From contig CAYNTE010000002.1 in the NCBI GenBank assembly GCA_964399615.1, positions 1 to 38,516 on the forward strand: a stretch of 38,516 nucleotides of DNA. Direction: 5' to 3'. A program made the translations under genes and the position numbers. Origin of the DNA: an uncultured Thermomicrobiales bacterium (lineage in GTDB: Bacteria; Chloroflexota; Chloroflexia; Thermomicrobiales; CFX8). Shown one piece after another: positions 16,081 through 23,587 of this stretch; position 1 is the stretch's first letter; the number at the start of each line of letters is the position of its first letter. Under the pieces are notes generated by a model. It saw only the letters and a list, made by a program, of their open reading frames with translations, had not been told where the DNA came from and did no database searches.

Positions 16081-18855
16081 CTACTTGACGACCAGATTTA
16101 CCAGCCGCGTGGGAACATAGATCTCGCGAACGATCTCGCCATCCAGATAGCCCGCGACATTTTCCTGGGCCTTGCCCGCGGCAATGGCTTCCTCGGCACT
16201 GGCATTTGCCGGGATAGAGACATGTCCGCGCACCTTGCCGTTGACCTGCACGGGGATCTCGATTACATCATCAGCAGCCAGCGCAGCGTCCCACGCGGGC
16301 CACGCCTGGGTATGAATGCTGAATTCGTTGCCCATGCGCGACCACAGCTCCTCGGCGATGTGCGGTGCACTCGGGGCCAGCATCAGCGCCAGTGTGCGCG
16401 TCGCTTCAGCCCAGGCCGCGTCGTTGACGATGGGGGTCTCATGCAGCTTCATCAGCTCGTTCACAAATTCCATCAGCTTGGCGACCATAGTGTTCCAGCT
16501 GAACGCCTCGATATCGCGGGTCACATCGCGCAGCACCTGGTGGGTCGTGCGTTGTAGCTGGCGGATCTCATCAGCCGGCGCTTTCCCCTCGATGCGGGTG
16601 TCGGTGTCGACGACGACCGTCCAGACACGGTCCAGGAAGCGGCGCACACCATTGATGCCCATCGAATCCCATGGGCCAGTTGCCGACCAGGGCCGCATGA
16701 ACATCAGGAAGAGGCGGACGGTGTCTGCGCCATATTGACCGACCAGATCGTCGGGGTCGATGACATTGCCACGACTCTTCGACATCTTCTCGTTGTCTTC
16801 ACCCAGGATGAACCCCTGGTTGATCAGCCGCGCGAACGGCTCGTCGATGCCGATCATGCCGCAGTCACGCATTGCCTTGGTCCAGAAGCGCGTGTAGAGC
16901 AGATGCAGCACTGCATGTTCGCGGCCACCGGTGTACTGGTTGACGGGCATCCAGCGCTCGGTCAGGTCGGTATCGAACGGCACATCGTCAGCGTTCGGGC
17001 TCAGGTAGCGGTAGTAGTACCAGGATGAATCCACGAAGGTGTCCATGGTGTCGGTCTCACGCCGGGCCGCTCCGCCGCACTCCGGGCAGGTGACGTTCAG
17101 GAAGCCCTCGTGCGTCCTCAGTGGAGACTCGCCGGTCGGCTTGAACTCGGCATCTTCCGGCAGCACGACGGGCAGGTCTTCCTCCGGCACTGGCACAACG
17201 CCGCAGTTGTCGCAGTAGATGATCGGGATCGGCGTGCCCCAGTAGCGCTGTCGTGAGATCAGCCAGTCGCGCAGGCGGTATGTCACCGTGGATGCGGCCG
17301 CACCCTGCTTCTCCAGCCAGGCGATGGAGTCGGAGATGGCCGTTTCACCGGCAGTGCCGGTCAGCTCGCCGGAGTTGATCATTGCGCCCTCGTCATGGTG
17401 GAAGACACATTCGGCCAGCCACGGCTCACTCTGCAGGTAGTTTATTGCCGTTGGCGCGCCGACGTAGCTCGCGATCTCGCGGTCGGTCTCCATTGATTCC
17501 AGCTCGATGGACCGGCCGGGAATCACCACGCCTGTTCGCGCGCCAGCGTAGGCGACGGCTCCGCCTTCATAGACATGACCAATTGCCATCTCCAGGAACC
17601 GATCGACGTCGCCGGCGGGCAGGGTGATGGCAAAACCACCATCGTCCTGACGGTAATCGGTGAATCCGCCTTCATTCAGCGCGACTTCAAACGCTTCAGG
17701 TGCTTCCAGCATAGATTCGCGAGCGTAAACCCTGGTGAGGCCGTCAGCGCGCTCGATGACCGGAATGACGGGCAGGTCGTACTTCAAGGCGAACTCGAAG
17801 TCACGTTCGTCGTGGGCCGGGACAGCCATCACCGAGCCGGTGCCATACGACATAAGCACATAATCGGCAATCCAGATCGGGATGCGTTCGCCGCTGGCGG
17901 GGTTGATGGCGTAGCTGCCGATGAAGACGCCGCTCTTTTCGGTCTCGGTCGATTGGCGGACGATCTCACTCCGGCGCGCGGCCTCTTGGCGATATGCCTC
18001 GACCTCGGTGCGGTGTTCGTCGGCGGTGAGCTCCTCAACCAGGGGGTGTTCGGGAGCCAGCACCATAAACGTGGTGCCCCAGATGGTGTCTGGTCTGGTT
18101 GTGAAGACGGGGATCTCCTGCCCGCTTTCAGCCTTGAAGGTAACCGTCGCTCCCTCGGAGCGGCCGATCCAGTTGGTCTGCATCATGCGGACTGGTTCGG
18201 GCCAGTCGATGGTGGAGAAGTCCAGCAGCTCGTCGGCGTAGTCAGTAATGCGCAAGAACCATTGCTCCATGTTGCGCTGATAGACCTCGGTGCCGCAGCG
18301 TTCGCAGCGACCATCTACCACTTGCTCGTTAGCCAGCACCGTCTGACAATTTGGGCACCACCAGACTGGAGCTTCCTTGCGATAGGCCAGACCACGCTCA
18401 AAGAACTTCAGGAAGAACCACTGGTTCCACTTGTAATATTCGGGGTCGCAGGTGACGACTTCCTGGTCCCAGTCGAACATGGTGCCCATCGAACGCATCT
18501 GCCGGCGCATGTTCTCGATATTGTCCATCGTCCACTTGTATGGGTGGATGCCTCGCCTGATGGCGGCGTTTTCGGCTGGCAGGCCGAATGCGTCGAACCC
18601 CATCGGGAAGAAGACGTTGTAGCCTTGCATGCGCTTGTAGCGTGCCGCGGCATCGGAAGGCGTCATAGCGTACCAGTGCCCGATGTGGAGGTCGCCGGAC
18701 GGGTAGGGGTACATGGTGACGGCGTACCAGTGCGGCTCTTGGTCTGGCTGGAAGCGATAGAGTCCGGCATCTTGCCAGGCTTCTTGCCAGCGTGACTCGA
18801 TCGTGCCGGGGTCGTAGCTGTCGGTTTTTGGTTTGGCGGATTTCGAGGTCACCAT
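16081..18855 (-). CDS. leuS: Leucyl-tRNA synthetase
   Basis: HIGH (LHIGHWY) and KMSKS motifs, CP1 editing-domain signature TTRPDTIWG, and YRLRDWLISRQRYWGTPIP. True start is ATG 18855 (MVTSKSAKPK...), preceded by GAAGGAG (18869-18863). The tracked ORF to 19017 runs through a tRNA gene and a terminator. Confidence 0.97.
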   Translation of the reverse strand: MVTSKSAKPKTDSYDPGTIESRWQEAWQDAGLYRFQPDQEPHWYAVTMYPYPSGDLHIGHWYAMTPSDAAARYKRMQGYNVFFPMGFDAFGLPAENAAIRRGIHPYKWTMDNIENMRRQMRSMGTMFDWDQEVVTCDPEYYKWNQWFFLKFFERGLAYRKEAPVWWCPNCQTVLANEQVVDGRCERCGTEVYQRNMEQWFLRITDYADELLDFSTIDWPEPVRMMQTNWIGRSEGATVTFKAESGQEIPVFTTRPDTIWGTTFMVLAPEHPLVEELTADEHRTEVEAYRQEAARRSEIVRQSTETEKSGVFIGSYAINPASGERIPIWIADYVLMSYGTGSVMAVPAHDERDFEFALKYDLPVIPVIERADGLTRVYARESMLEAPEAFEVALNEGGFTDYRQDDGGFAITLPAGDVDRFLEMAIGHVYEGGAVAYAGARTGVVIPGRSIELESMETDREIASYVGAPTAINYLQSEPWLAECVFHHDEGAMINSGELTGTAGETAISDSIAWLEKQGAAASTVTYRLRDWLISRQRYWGTPIPIIYCDNCGVVPVPEEDLPVVLPEDAEFKPTGESPLRTHEGFLNVTCPECGGAARRETDTMDTFVDSSWYYYRYLSPNADDVPFDTDLTERWMPVNQYTGGREHAVLHLLYTRFWTKAMRDCGMIGIDEPFARLINQGFILGEDNEKMSKSRGNVIDPDDLVGQYGADTVRLFLMFMRPWSATGPWDSMGINGVRRFLDRVWTVVVDTDTRIEGKAPADEIRQLQRTTHQVLRDVTRDIEAFSWNTMVAKLMEFVNELMKLHETPIVNDAAWAEATRTLALMLAPSAPHIAEELWSRMGNEFSIHTQAWPAWDAALAADDVIEIPVQVNGKVRGHVSIPANASAEEAIAAGKAQENVAGYLDGEIVREIYVPTRLVNLVVK

Positions 18856-18885
18856 GCAGTCGCTCCTTCGCGCAGCGCGAGAATT

Positions 18886-18952
18886 AGAAAAGAACGAACC
18901 CCCCATCCCAAAAACAGGGACGGAGGGTATGCTCCGCGGTACCACCCTGGTT
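18886..18952 (-). promoter_or_regulatory. T-box riboswitch 3' half: T-box sequence, antiterminator and competing intrinsic terminator upstream of leuS
   Basis: The minus strand reads AACCAGGGTGGTACCGCGGAG (18952-18932), close to the T-box consensus AAnnnGGGUGGUACCGCG. The bulge UGGU (18944-18941) can pair with a tRNA 3' ACCA end. The antiterminator is AGGG/UGGUACC/GCGGAG-cauacc-CUCCGU/CCCU. The alternative 12-bp terminator is ACCCUCCGUCCC (18928-18917) paired with GGGAUGGGGGGU (18909-18898), followed by UCGUUCUUUUCU. Confidence 0.9.
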
Positions 18953-18978
18953 GGCGGGAACACCGCGGCGTCAGACTC

Positions 18979-19054
18979 TGGTGGAGCTGACGGGATTCGA
19001 ACCCGTGACCTCAACACTGCCAGTGTTGCGCTCTCCCAGCTGAGCTACAGCCCC
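18979..19054 (-). tRNA. tRNA-Ala (anticodon GGC), CCA encoded
   Basis: The minus strand reads GGGGCUGUAGCUCAGCUGGGAGAGCGCAACACUGGCAGUGUUGAGGUCACGGGUUCGAAUCCCGUCAGCUCCACCA. It folds as a perfect cloverleaf. The 7-bp acceptor stem includes the Ala identity pair G3:U70. D stem is GCUC/GAGC. Anticodon stem is CAACA/UGUUG with loop CU-GGC-AG. T stem is ACGGG/CCCGU with loop UUCGAAU. Discriminator is A73. Confidence 0.97.
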
Positions 19055-19140
19055 AGATCATTCGAGACCGGTGTTCAGCCCACTCAAGTAGCCTGCTATC
19101 GGAGGCCAATCCGGCGATTGCTTACCCTGAAGGTTCACAA

Positions 19141-19240
19141 TCACGGCTCCCGGGCGAGTTCGAACTCGATACCCATCTGCCACCTCGCACCGACCGGCGG
19201 CTCTCTGTTCGGAGCATCGATCTACTACTCCCGATCATCG
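19141..19240 (-). promoter_or_regulatory. T-box riboswitch Stem I with Leu specifier (CUC)
   Basis: The minus strand starts with the typical GCGAUGA-ucgg-GAGUAG (GA/K-turn plus AGUA-box). Helix UCGAUGCUC pairs with GGGUAUCGA. AG bulge is AGAGA (19206-19202). The distal helix GCCGCC/GGUGGC encloses loop GGUCGGUGCGAG (GGUGNRA-like). The specifier loop is GUUC-GAA-CUC-G, with CUC at 19158-19156 followed by a purine. Closing helix is CCCGG/UCGGG, then GCCGUGA. Confidence 0.8.
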
Positions 19241-19290
19241 CCAGCACACCAGCAGCCACCAGCCGGTGAGCGACTGTTGTGCGTGCAGCA

Positions 19291-19319
19291 AGCCTACCAG
19301 TGGCTTCGAGCGGCGTCAA
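19291..19319 (-). promoter_or_regulatory. Candidate sigma-70-type promoter for the T-box/tRNA-Ala/leuS transcript
   Basis: The minus strand reads TTGACG (19319-14), a 17-nt spacer, then TAGGCT (19296-91), about 50 nt upstream of Stem I. Confidence 0.4.
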
Positions 19320-19439
19320 TTATGGTGATGAGAATTGTGGAAGCATCCGCTGCATGCGTAATCCTGATGGTCCGTATTGACGTCTTGCGGATGAGATTGC
19401 CAGTCATGTTGTACAGGAAGTTGAGGGAGGGACGACGGG

Positions 19440-20078
19440 ATGGATACGAACCGGCTACAGGAGATCGGTGACGAGATCATCAATGACCTCGAAGGCGTGA
19501 ATGCAGCGCGTGAGGGTGCGTTGCCGGAGACGCGGCGGATCATCAGACTGAGTGCGAACTCGATTCGAGCGGCGCACCGGGGCGAGATCGATGTGGCCGA
19601 CGAGCTCACGAGCGAGGCTCGGGAGCGGATGGCTACACTCGTCGAGAGCCTCGCGTCGCAGCCGAGTATCTATTGGGCCGGTTATCTCCGCGACGCGCAG
19701 AAGGAGATGGCCGAAGCGCATCTGACGCTGGCCGTGCTCGCAGATCGGGAGTGGCCGACGCCGGATGAGCTCGGTGTCGAAGGTGCTGCCTACCTGAACG
19801 CGCTGGCCGAGACAGCTGGCGAGCTTCGACGCCACGCGCTCGACTCCATGCGGCGCGGTGAGCTGGAACGTGCCGAGCGGGTGCTCTCGATCATGAACGA
19901 GATTCACGATCTGCTGGTGACGGTTGACTTTCCAGACGCCGTTACGGGAGGCTTGCGGCGCTCGACCGATCTTGCTCGTGGGGTGACTGAACGCACGCGT
20001 GGGGATTTAACGATTGCATTGCGTCAACGAGAGTTGAGCGATTCGCTCGCGCGACTAGAAGCCAAACTTGGCAACTAA
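19440..20078 (+). CDS. Translin-family protein (COG2178-like predicted nucleic-acid-binding protein)
   Basis: RBS GAGGGAGGGA lies upstream. The protein is all-helical. The C-terminal pattern AAYLNALAETAGELRRHALDSMRRGE...FPDAVTGGLRRSTDLARGVTERTRGDL resembles the translin pattern (DY-L-G-..-EL-R ... LRKRYD...VE) as I recall it. No search was run. Confidence 0.6.
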   Translation: MDTNRLQEIGDEIINDLEGVNAAREGALPETRRIIRLSANSIRAAHRGEIDVADELTSEARERMATLVESLASQPSIYWAGYLRDAQKEMAEAHLTLAVLADREWPTPDELGVEGAAYLNALAETAGELRRHALDSMRRGELERAERVLSIMNEIHDLLVTVDFPDAVTGGLRRSTDLARGVTERTRGDLTIALRQRELSDSLARLEAKLGN

Positions 20079-20174
20079 CAGCCTGTTAGCAAGGTAGAAT
20101 GGCTTCGATTTTGAGCCTACTGCATCATTCCAGAGCATGAGGTGGGAATGCGAGAGGGAACATAGGGGGTACGG

Positions 20175-21725
20175 ATGCCGGTGGCGTTCCGGAGGTGCTG
20201 GCTGAGGCGGTCATTCACGATCTTGATGGTGAGCGTCCTCGTTAGCGGTGGTGTGCAGCTGCTGCTGAGTCGGCCCGCGTCAGCACAAGTAAGCGTCAGC
20301 TACTACTTCCCGTGGGTTCCCCATGGCGAGGTCGTGAATGGCCAGGGGCCCTGGTACGCCGATCTGGCATTCCAGAATCTCACGAGCGAACTCTGCTCGG
20401 TGGTGGTCTCAGTCGGGCAGCATGATGGTGAGGGCTGGCGCCGGACATCGCAGTTAACGGTCGGAGCGAATGGCTCGCGGACGCTGTCGTCGGCTTCACT
20501 AGCGATACCGGAGCCGGGCGCACCGGTGCGACTCGATGCCTACTGCACACTCTCTGCCAGCCTGAAGCTCTTCAGCCCGGAGCCCAGGACCTCGCCCTGG
20601 AGCAACGGCGCGCACGTCGTTGCGGGGTATTCGAGTTACACGAACAGCGATATTCAGGCCGCGATCTCGGGCGGCGCCAATACCTGGTATCTGCCGATTG
20701 TGCAGACCAACTCACAGTGGAACAGCATTATCCGTGTTGCGAACTACGAGTTGACACGGTCGATCCAGGCGACTATCGAGCTGACGAGGTCGGCACAGTC
20801 CCCGGCGTCCGGCCCAGAGACGCAGACCATCACCCGCAGCATTGAGCCCGGAACAACCGCCTCGGTCGACGTGCTGGCGGAGCTTGGAACCAGAGATTGG
20901 GTCGGATACGCAACAATCAAATCGAATGGACTGAGTGGGACGATGGTGTTGCGTTCCAAGCCCAGCGCGTCGATGGCGGTGATCAACATGGGCCAGGCAA
21001 GCTCAAGCAGCACCAGCCAGGAGCAATATCGCCTCGGTGCACCCCTGCTCTTCACGAACTACAACGACTGGAACACCGGCATCAACATCGCCAATGTCTC
21101 GGAACAGCCGGCCCACATTACGATTAGCTACAGCTCGGCCGCGGGCAACATCGTGCGAACTGATGAGTTGGATCTCGCGCCGCGCGCCATGACCTATCTC
21201 TACACACCGGCGAGCGTCGATCAGGACGACTTCGTCGGCAGTGCCAGCATCGTCAGCAATGCGCCGATTGTCGCGGCTATTGATGAGGTGAAGTACACAT
21301 CTGTCGACGCAATCTCATATCTGGCCAGCGCGGTCGGGCAACAACAAGCCTCTGTCCCGCTGGTCTTCAAATCGGATCCAGATGCCGGCCTGCACGACAA
21401 TTCGGGATTGAATCTCCACAGTATGAACCCGGACAGCTCGCAGACCGTCTCGATCGAGCTCTTCTCGATCAATGGCGTGGCGCTGACTGATCAGCCGATC
21501 AGCTTGACCTTGCCACCCGCTGGAAACAACTACATCTACATCCCCGAGACCGAGGAGGTGCCAAATGGCTCGCTCATCTCAGCACGGATCACGACGACCG
21601 ATGCGCTCGGCTTCATTGGGCTGGCGAATGATGTGAACTACGCCGTTGCGGGCGACGGATCGGCAACGTTCATGATCACGAGCGATCGCGGCACTTATCA
21701 CCTGTCCCCGTCATCGTTCCGCTAG
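20175..21725 (+). CDS. Hypothetical secreted protein with four internal beta-rich repeats (unknown family)
   Basis: RBS AGGGGG lies upstream. Signal peptide is ...ILMVSVLVSGGVQLLLSRPASAQ. Four repeats of about 110-125 aa each begin with a P-hydrophobic-x(5-8)-W-x-[ST]-x-[IL]-x-[IV/F]-x-N pattern: YYFPWVPH...WYADLAFQN, WYLPIVQTNSQWNSIIRVAN, APLLFTNYNDWNTGINIAN, VPLVFKSD...NSGLNLHSMN. The second and third repeats have a G-[YS]A-[TS]I-x-SN strand (GYATIKSN, GSASIVSN), and the fourth has a weaker counterpart (ISARITTTD). Confidence 0.7.
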   Translation: MPVAFRRCWLRRSFTILMVSVLVSGGVQLLLSRPASAQVSVSYYFPWVPHGEVVNGQGPWYADLAFQNLTSELCSVVVSVGQHDGEGWRRTSQLTVGANGSRTLSSASLAIPEPGAPVRLDAYCTLSASLKLFSPEPRTSPWSNGAHVVAGYSSYTNSDIQAAISGGANTWYLPIVQTNSQWNSIIRVANYELTRSIQATIELTRSAQSPASGPETQTITRSIEPGTTASVDVLAELGTRDWVGYATIKSNGLSGTMVLRSKPSASMAVINMGQASSSSTSQEQYRLGAPLLFTNYNDWNTGINIANVSEQPAHITISYSSAAGNIVRTDELDLAPRAMTYLYTPASVDQDDFVGSASIVSNAPIVAAIDEVKYTSVDAISYLASAVGQQQASVPLVFKSDPDAGLHDNSGLNLHSMNPDSSQTVSIELFSINGVALTDQPISLTLPPAGNNYIYIPETEEVPNGSLISARITTTDALGFIGLANDVNYAVAGDGSATFMITSDRGTYHLSPSSFR

Positions 21726-21800
21726 GTCCCGGACAATATGCGCGATTCAATGGCTCATGCGATACTGTGCCGGTACTGAAGTTGGGCAGTTGATAAGGAT

Positions 21801-23492
21801 GTGCTTGTGACGAGTGGAACCGAACGTCTGGACGTTTCAAAATTCTACAAATACGACGAACTGGTCGGAATTCTCAACGGCTGGGTCGATAGCTATCCTG
21901 AGCTTGCGAGCCTGGAGAGCATCGGCAAGTCCTACGAGGGCCGCGATATCTGGCTCTTGACGGTGACCAGCCAGAAAGGTGGCACACCGGACGAGAAGCC
22001 TGCGCTCTATATCGATGCCAATATTCACGCCGGCGAGGTGACGGGCTCCAGTGTCTTGCTCTGGACCGTCGACGAGTTACTGCGCGGCTATGGCAACGAC
22101 AGCACCATTACCACCCTGCTCGATACCCGCACCTTCTACTTCGCGCCGCGCGTTCAGCCCGATGGTGTCGAACTCTATCTGACGTCACCCACGATGCTGC
22201 GGTCATCGGTCCGGCCATGGCCGTTTGAGGAAAGCGGCGAGGGGCTACAGGCGGAAGACATCAACGGTGACGGCAAGATCCTTCAGATGCGCATTGAAGA
22301 CCCCAACGGTGAGTGGAAGGTCTCAGACAAAGACCCGCGCCTGATCATCAAACGCGAGCCGGACGAACTTGAGGGCACCTTCTACCGCATCTACGTCGAG
22401 GGCATGATCAAGGACCCAGACGGTGGCCCGCTGAAGATCGGGCGCACGAAGTATGGGCTCGATCAAAACCGCAACTGGCCCGAGAACTGGTCGATGCTGC
22501 AGCGTGGCGCGGGTCCACATCCCCTCTCCGAGCCGGAGACGCGTGCCGTGGCGACCTTCATTACGACGCACCCCAACATTACCGTCGTGCAGAATTACCA
22601 TACAGCTGGTGGGGTCGTGCTGCGCCCACCGTGCGCAGTCGATGATGCGGTGATTCCGCCACGAGATCTCGATATTTACAATGAGTTCGGCAAGATCGGC
22701 GAGGCCGTCACTGGCTATCCATGTGCGTCAGTCTATGATGCCTTCCCGCTGCGTGATGACGAGGGGCGACGCAGTCAGTCGGGCGGATTCATCGAGTGGA
22801 CCTACGGCCACTACGGCATCTGGTCATTCGCAACTGAACTCTGGGACTTGCAGTCGCGGGCAGGAATTGAGAAGCCGGCGAACGATGCCATGCGCGTGGC
22901 GCGCGAGATGACCGAAGAAGATGGACTCAAGATCCTGGCGTTCGTCGATAGCGAGCTGAATGGCGAAGGGATCATTCCCTGGGAGCCGTTCGACCACCCA
23001 CAGCTCGGCAAGGTCGAGATCGGTGGCTGGGATGGCAAGTATCTGCGGCAGAACGCACCCGCAAAGTTCCTGACCGACGAGGCCGAACGCAATGGCAAGT
23101 TCACCATCCGCCAGGCTGCGATGACGCCGCTGCTCGGTCTGGAGAACGTATCCGCTGAGCAAGTTGCCGATGGCCTCTCGATTGTTCGCGCGACAGTCGT
23201 CAATCAGGGCTATCTGCCGACGCACCTCTCGTGGATGGCGCGTAAGAACCGTGCTGTCAAGCCGATCGAGATCGAGGTCGAAGGCGGAGAGGTGCTGATG
23301 GGCAAGCGCAAGCAAGAGATCGGCCATCTGGCGGGCCGTATCTCCATGCGTGGCTTTGGCGCCATGAGCGGCATGATGAAAACCGACAACGAGCGCCAGG
23401 TCGAGTGGCTCGTGCGCGGCACCGGTTCAGTTACCATCCACGCCCGCTCCGAAAAGGGCGGCACGGTGCGCCAGGAAGTCCAGCTCGGCTAG
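21801..23492 (+). CDS. M14-family zinc carboxypeptidase (no obvious signal peptide)
   Basis: N-terminal YYKYDELVGILNGWVDSYPELASLESIGKSYEGRDIWLLTV and zinc-binding HxxE in DANIHAGEVTG. A second His region is NYHTAGGVVLRP. The start could be GTG 21801 or GTG 21807, with AAGGAT just upstream. Confidence 0.85.
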   Translation: MLVTSGTERLDVSKFYKYDELVGILNGWVDSYPELASLESIGKSYEGRDIWLLTVTSQKGGTPDEKPALYIDANIHAGEVTGSSVLLWTVDELLRGYGNDSTITTLLDTRTFYFAPRVQPDGVELYLTSPTMLRSSVRPWPFEESGEGLQAEDINGDGKILQMRIEDPNGEWKVSDKDPRLIIKREPDELEGTFYRIYVEGMIKDPDGGPLKIGRTKYGLDQNRNWPENWSMLQRGAGPHPLSEPETRAVATFITTHPNITVVQNYHTAGGVVLRPPCAVDDAVIPPRDLDIYNEFGKIGEAVTGYPCASVYDAFPLRDDEGRRSQSGGFIEWTYGHYGIWSFATELWDLQSRAGIEKPANDAMRVAREMTEEDGLKILAFVDSELNGEGIIPWEPFDHPQLGKVEIGGWDGKYLRQNAPAKFLTDEAERNGKFTIRQAAMTPLLGLENVSAEQVADGLSIVRATVVNQGYLPTHLSWMARKNRAVKPIEIEVEGGEVLMGKRKQEIGHLAGRISMRGFGAMSGMMKTDNERQVEWLVRGTGSVTIHARSEKGGTVRQEVQLG

Positions 23493-23509
23493 CTGCACAT
23501 CTGAAACCA

Positions 23510-23555
23510 AAACGCCTGCTCACCTTCCCAGCAGATGGAACGTGAGCAGGCGTTT
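23510..23555. terminator. Bidirectional intrinsic terminator between convergent genes
   Basis: Perfect 14-bp inverted repeat AAACGCCTGCTCAC (23510-23523) and GTGAGCAGGCGTTT (23542-23555) with an 18-nt loop. It is flanked by A-run/T-run sequence, so both strands present stem plus U-tract (TTTTGGTTT on the minus strand). Confidence 0.7.
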
Positions 23556-23587
23556 CACTATTCGGTTAATTTGGATGTGTCGATGCG

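Noticed and set aside
17575-18795. 406-aa plus-strand ORF
   Set aside because: It is an antisense shadow of leuS in GC-rich DNA, with a low-complexity Gly/Val/Ala/Arg composition and no recognisable motifs.
18856-19017. N-terminal 54 codons of the tracked 978-aa leuS ORF (start at 19017)
   Set aside because: This extension reads through the T-box terminator and antiterminator and into the tRNA-Ala gene. The LeuRS homology begins at MVTSKS... (ATG 18855), which has a GAAGGAG RBS.
19068-19085. Degenerate T-box-like string GAGUGGGCUGAACACCGG just upstream of the tRNA, considered as a possible second antiterminator
   Set aside because: It matches the T-box consensus poorly. UGGG would not pair with an A73 tRNA end, no antiterminator/terminator pair can be drawn, and no U-tract follows. 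It is treated as part of the Stem II/linker region.
19256-19263. GCTGGTGG on the minus strand (E. coli Chi octamer) within direct CTGGTG repeats in the 5' end of the leader
   Set aside because: Chi sequences are lineage-specific, and a single octamer in GC-rich DNA is expected by chance.
20071-20090. Palindrome CTAACAG-C-CTGTTAG at the translin stop codon
   Set aside because: The 1-nt loop cannot form a hairpin terminator. It is a short palindrome with no second copy in the window and no supporting evidence for a binding site.
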